Origin: Candidatus Pacearchaeota archaeon
Lineage (GTDB): Archaea; Nanobdellota; Nanobdellia; Pacearchaeales; GW2011-AR1
DNA length: 18,556 nucleotides
Assembly: GCA_018303825.1 (NCBI GenBank)
Contig: JAGVXK010000001.1
Span: 1 to 18,556, forward strand
Reading direction: 5' to 3'
Position numbers and translations under genes: made by a program
In this document: positions 14,929 to 18,556 of the stretch, piece by piece
Numbering within the stretch: position 1 is the stretch's first letter
How the letters are laid out: every line of letters starts with the position of its first letter
Notes under the pieces: generated by a model
Database searches by the model: none
What the model was told of the DNA's origin: nothing
Seen by the model: the letters and a program-made list of their open reading frames with translations, nothing else

Positions 14929-16782
14929 ATGAGCGATGAAAATTTTTATAACGGGGCAAGGAGCTCGAGCTATGGAAGCAGCGAGAAGTATGGAGAATCT
15001 TTTTTCGGACCAGAATACAGGGCATCAGCAGGAAGTTTTGCCGTGACAACAGACCCAAGAACAGCAAACAAGCTGAAAGATGTTTCTAATAAACTTAATA
15101 CAGGAATAAAAGCCATAGAAATAACAGCATTACAGCCAAATCTTTTCGAGACAATTCCCGACCAGCACTTGGAAGAACTAAATAGATTGAGAAAATTATC
15201 CAAAGTGGATTTAAGTTTGCATGGACCATTAATAGAAGCTTCTGGAATATCAAAAGAAGGAGTTGATGAACCAAGAAGGCAGCAGGCGGAAAGACAGATG
15301 GCATCTGTTGTGGAAAGAGCCAATAAACTAAATCCTAATGGAAATATTGTTATAACATTCCACACCACTTCGGGGCTTCCTGAAATGAAAAACAGAGTTC
15401 TCACAGAAGAAAAAGAAGAGAAGAAGGAGAAAGTTACAGAGATGTATGTAATCAACGAAAGAGATGGCGTAATAAATGTAATTAAATCCAAAATAAACTA
15501 TCTTGAAGGCGAGAAAGAGTCAGACCCATTGAAAGAATTGAAAAGAGTAAATGAAGAATCCTGGGATAAACAGCTCGGAAATATAGTTTTCCATGCTAGG
15601 CAAGGAAGAGAAGGAATTTCTGAAGCATTTAAAGGTGAAATGGGAGCTGAAAAAATAGAAAATGGAGAATCTATAGTTGCAGAAGCTTATAAAAAATATA
15701 ATACTCCTGAAGGACAGAAATTTATTGATAGTTTGACTTCTGCAGAAAGAAAATATGTTGAAAGAAATATAAGTGCTTTGAATTATGCTGACATTTATGT
15801 AAGAGATGCATACAATGGATTACAAGAGATGTTTAACAAAGCGTGGGAAGTTGTTCAAAAAGACGGAAATGAAGCTGATAAGAAGAGATTGGAAGAATAC
15901 AGGGAAAGGATGATGAAAAGAATTAAGGAGATTAAAGACCCTACAAAACTTCCTGAACTTGCAGATGATGTTGTCAAGGGCGTTGCAATACTCAGCACAC
16001 TGTCAAAAACTCCTGAAACATTGAAACCATTGCAGGATTTTGTCATGGAAAGATCTTCAGAGACATATTCTAATGTTGCTTTGAATGCTTATAAAAAATT
16101 CAAGGACAAGGCGCCGATTATCAGCTTGGAAAATCCTCCTGTCGGAATGGGAATTGGAAGAGCAGAAGACATGAGGACTTTGATTGATGCTTCAAGAAAA
16201 AAACTTGCCACTAAGCTGGTTGAAAATCAGGGATTGAGCGAAAGCGAAGCCAAACAGCAGGCTGATAAACTTATCGGAGCAACATGGGATGTTGGACACA
16301 TAAACATGCTTCGTCAATACGGATATTCTGAAAAAGATATTCTTGAAGAGACAAAAAAGATTGCTCCTTATGTAAATAAAATGCATTTATCTGACAATTT
16401 TGGTTTTGAGCACGGAGAACTTCCTATGGGAATGGGAAATGTTCCTATGAAAGGGCATCTTAAGGAATTACAAGCAGCACATGGTGATAAAATCAAAGAC
16501 ATAAAAAAAATTATCGAAGCCGGAGACTGGTACCAGCACTTCCAGACAAGCCCATTCAAGAAAACGATGGAGGCTTTTGGCTCCCCCATTTATGGAATGG
16601 ATATGGCTCCTTATTGGAATCAATCCCCTGTTTTATCAGGACCGGGATATTTCTCCGGATATGGGATGATGCTTCCAGAACAGCACTTCTCAATGTATGG
16701 TGCGGGATTCTCAAATCTCCCAACAGAGCTTGGTGGGCAGATGGCTGGAAGGTCAAGACTTTCCGGAAATCAGATGGAATAA
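14929..16782 (+). CDS. Xylose isomerase-like / AP endonuclease family 2 TIM-barrel protein with large helical insertion
   Basis: Metal-ligand motifs LSLHGP, ITFH, ISLENPP, TWDVGHINM, KMHLSDNFG, IIEAG. An insertion of roughly 240 aa lies between the FH and EN motifs. Confidence 0.82.
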   Translation: MSDENFYNGARSSSYGSSEKYGESFFGPEYRASAGSFAVTTDPRTANKLKDVSNKLNTGIKAIEITALQPNLFETIPDQHLEELNRLRKLSKVDLSLHGPLIEASGISKEGVDEPRRQQAERQMASVVERANKLNPNGNIVITFHTTSGLPEMKNRVLTEEKEEKKEKVTEMYVINERDGVINVIKSKINYLEGEKESDPLKELKRVNEESWDKQLGNIVFHARQGREGISEAFKGEMGAEKIENGESIVAEAYKKYNTPEGQKFIDSLTSAERKYVERNISALNYADIYVRDAYNGLQEMFNKAWEVVQKDGNEADKKRLEEYRERMMKRIKEIKDPTKLPELADDVVKGVAILSTLSKTPETLKPLQDFVMERSSETYSNVALNAYKKFKDKAPIISLENPPVGMGIGRAEDMRTLIDASRKKLATKLVENQGLSESEAKQQADKLIGATWDVGHINMLRQYGYSEKDILEETKKIAPYVNKMHLSDNFGFEHGELPMGMGNVPMKGHLKELQAAHGDKIKDIKKIIEAGDWYQHFQTSPFKKTMEAFGSPIYGMDMAPYWNQSPVLSGPGYFSGYGMMLPEQHFSMYGAGFSNLPTELGGQMAGRSRLSGNQME

Positions 16783-16867
16783 ACTGCAAACAATTTATTA
16801 TCTAATACATTTAATCATTATCTTATGACGACTTAAGAATAAATTTATTTATTACTTAATGACTAAT

Positions 16868-17182
16868 TTATTTAATTGAAAAGTTATCGGTTACTGATCT
16901 TTCTGCGAAGCTATCAAGAGATTTTCTTTCATTTACGTTTATTGCACGTAATGCAAACATAGCTATGGGAATGCAAAACTGATGGAATGCAAAGCATAAT
17001 CCTGCCCCGACAGGAAAGTCGGCGATAACAGCACCCACTCCCCCTGCAACAATTGAAGCTGGAAGGTCGGCTATGTTAAGAGCAAAGAATTTTGATTTTC
17101 CAAGATATCTTCTTGAGAATTTATACAAAGGTCTGCCTACATGTTCTGTGTATATTCGTGGATATAATGAATTTTCATGCAT
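16868..17182 (-). CDS. Small hypothetical membrane protein
   Basis: 104 aa with a central hydrophobic hairpin (IVAGGVGAVIA...AGLCFAF...IPIAMFAL). TTTAAATA promoter-like site upstream. Confidence 0.65.
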   Translation of the reverse strand: MHENSLYPRIYTEHVGRPLYKFSRRYLGKSKFFALNIADLPASIVAGGVGAVIADFPVGAGLCFAFHQFCIPIAMFALRAINVNERKSLDSFAERSVTDNFSIK

Positions 17183-17376
17183 GAATAGAGTGAAAATAAA
17201 CCCTATTTAAACCTTTACAAGAAATTTAATATAATACTAAATGGACAATAATTATCTGTAACTTAAAGATTTTTTATTTTATGAGATAAAGGTTCTATTT
17301 TAATATATAAGATATAGCTGTGGGAGTAGTAAAGGTTTATAAACAATTTAATCTATTGATAGAAAGAGGTAAAAAA

Positions 17377-18267
17377 GTGGCAGATAAGAAAAATTCTCTT
17401 GATAAAATAGCTCATTTAAAGAAAGTTAAAGTCAAAAAAGAGAAGCCAAAAATAACAAAACTTAAACTAGAACAGACAAGATTTGAGCCGAAAACAGAAA
17501 GGGATGTCGCAATGGACTTTGCAATGAAGGCCCATGAAAGATTTGACAGAATCATAAAGGCCTCGATATTATTTGGAAGCCAGGCAAAAAACAATGCAAG
17601 CGCGAGTTCAGACATTGATGTTATCCTTGTTATAGATGATTCTGCGATTAAGTGGGATATGGAACTGATAGCCTGGTATAGGGAAGAGCTTGGAAAATTA
17701 GTTGCATCATTGGATTATGGCAGAGAACTGCATATTAACACATTAAAGTTAACTACATGGTGGCAGGATTTATTGAATGGTGACCCGGTTATTGTGAATA
17801 TATTGAGATATGGAGAAGCATTGATAGACAGCGGAGGATTCTTCAATCCATTAAAAGCATTGCTAATAGATGGGAAGATAAAGTCAACTCCAGAGGCAGT
17901 TTACAATTCTCTTGAGAGAGCTCCTATTCATCTTGCAAGAAGCAAGGCAGCAACTATGGGTGCGATAGAAGGAATTTATTGGGCAATGGTTGACTCTGCC
18001 CAGGCCGCTTTAATGATGGCGGGGAAGACACCTCCTAGTCCGGAGCACATCCCAGAAATGCTTACAGAAACTTTTATCGATTCGGGAATGATAAAAATGG
18101 ACTCTGTTCGGGCAATAAGAGACCTTTATGTCTTGCATAAATCAATCTCCCATGGAGAAGTCAATCATATTAAAGGAATGGAAATAGATTCATGGCATTC
18201 AACTGCGGAAAAATTCATAAGCGAGATGACAAGAATAATCAATATTCTGATTGATGCGAAGAAATAA
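17377..18267 (+). CDS. Nucleotidyltransferase (MNT) - HEPN-like fusion protein
   Basis: ILFGSQAK...SSDIDVILVIDD MNT motif, then a helical C-terminal domain (IYWAMVDSAQAALMMAGK.PPSPEH) resembling HEPN. GTG 17377 preferred (GAGGT SD 6 nt upstream, TTTATAAA upstream). ORF track start is 17320. Confidence 0.8.
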   Translation: MADKKNSLDKIAHLKKVKVKKEKPKITKLKLEQTRFEPKTERDVAMDFAMKAHERFDRIIKASILFGSQAKNNASASSDIDVILVIDDSAIKWDMELIAWYREELGKLVASLDYGRELHINTLKLTTWWQDLLNGDPVIVNILRYGEALIDSGGFFNPLKALLIDGKIKSTPEAVYNSLERAPIHLARSKAATMGAIEGIYWAMVDSAQAALMMAGKTPPSPEHIPEMLTETFIDSGMIKMDSVRAIRDLYVLHKSISHGEVNHIKGMEIDSWHSTAEKFISEMTRIINILIDAKK

Positions 18268-18441
18268 ACTACCCCACGGCAAGCTATGTGGCATCAGATA
18301 ACAAACAAAACTAACATTCTCTCCTGCAACCACCAAACTCCATCGAACATTAGCTAATTCTTTTATCATTTTTTGACTGCTATTGTAATCCCGCCTAACG
18401 TTTTATCCCTACAGCAAGTCGCAGGGTATTAAGAAAGAATA
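18264..18441 (-). mobile_element. Non-autonomous mini IS200/IS605-like element, copy 2
   Basis: Minus strand right end GATGCCACATAGCTTGCCGTGGGGTAGTTTAT and left end AATACCCTGCGACTTGCTGTAGGGAT resemble the two ends of the IS200 at 12184-12725. No ORF between them. Internal similarity to 78-240. Confidence 0.75.
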
Positions 18442-18459
18442 AAAATTAAATAAAATATT

Positions 18460-18556
18460 GTGACATCCTCCTAGCCCTAAAGGGCTAGGCGTCCAGTTAG
18501 TCTTATTGCGTCGCGTGGTGCAACGATTGATTTTCTATATATGTAAATACTTGTTC
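18460..18556 (-). mobile_element. Right end of a second IS200/IS605 element (runs off window)
   Basis: Perfect hairpin CCTAGCCCT-AA-AGGGCTAGG (18470-18489). The minus strand ends ...GGAGGATGTCAC, a typical right-end signature. Confidence 0.8.
18503..18556 (-). CDS. tnpA: 3' end of a Y1 transposase TnpA (partial)
   Basis: Minus frame reads EQVFTYIENQSLHHATQ*. YIENQ is the catalytic-Tyr helix of IS200 TnpA, and it is followed by the right-end hairpin. Confidence 0.75.
   Translation of the reverse strand, partial: EQVFTYIENQSLHHATQ

Noticed and set aside
16808-16832. 21/25 gapped match to 5168-5191 (TCATTATCTTA core)
   Set aside because: Very AT-rich, short, only two copies and no structure. 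It cannot be distinguished from chance without a genome-wide count.
282-17615. Numerous antisense or alternate-frame ORFs in the track (e.g. 2301-2732, 7298-7642, 9799-10146, 12549-12872, 14970-15491)
   Set aside because: They are shadows of well-supported genes, with Phe/Ser/Leu-rich composition from reverse-read Lys/Glu codons and no motifs.
18296-18360. AAC-rich patch as a DGR template repeat
   Set aside because: No similarity to the VR at 12812-12886. It is internal to the mini-IS200.
18460-18556. TnpB omega-RNA or stand-alone guide RNA
   Set aside because: The sequence upstream of the hairpin encodes the TnpA YIENQ helix. No tnpB is present in the window.
1-18556. CRISPR array, tRNA/rRNA genes, reverse transcriptase, avd
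   Set aside because: By eye I found no regularly spaced repeat-spacer units, cloverleaf or rRNA signatures, or YxDD-type RT ORF.

Overview
AT-rich archaeal window, most likely DPANN (Pacearchaeota/Woesearchaeota-like). This is judged from the archaeal-type GluRS, the class III signal-peptide pilin, TATA boxes about 25 nt upstream of starts, and the style of the hypothetical proteins. The backbone carries thrS, a DedA/VTT membrane protein, two tandem PRC-barrel genes, a CYTH enzyme, a pilin, gltX, an HTH-MNT/HEPN pair, a large TIM-barrel protein, an MNT-HEPN fusion and several hypotheticals. The main discovery is a 2752-bp transposon-like element (12091-14842) with 26-bp terminal inverted repeats and a perfect 9-bp target-site duplication (ATAAAAGGT). 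It encodes an intact IS6-like DDE transposase and an AbrB-like regulator, convergent and driven from mirror-image promoters. Its cargo is a gene with the hallmarks of a DPANN diversity-generating-retroelement (DGR) target: an adenine-depleted, 67% GC C-terminal variable region plus a GAA-loop hairpin. No reverse transcriptase or template repeat is in the window. An IS200 (tnpA) is nested inside the element. Elsewhere are a second solo copy of the element's left end, two IS6-like MITEs flanking the pilin gene, two ~165-180-bp non-autonomous IS200 derivatives, and the 3' end of another tnpA at the right edge. All family calls come from motif recognition; no database search was run.
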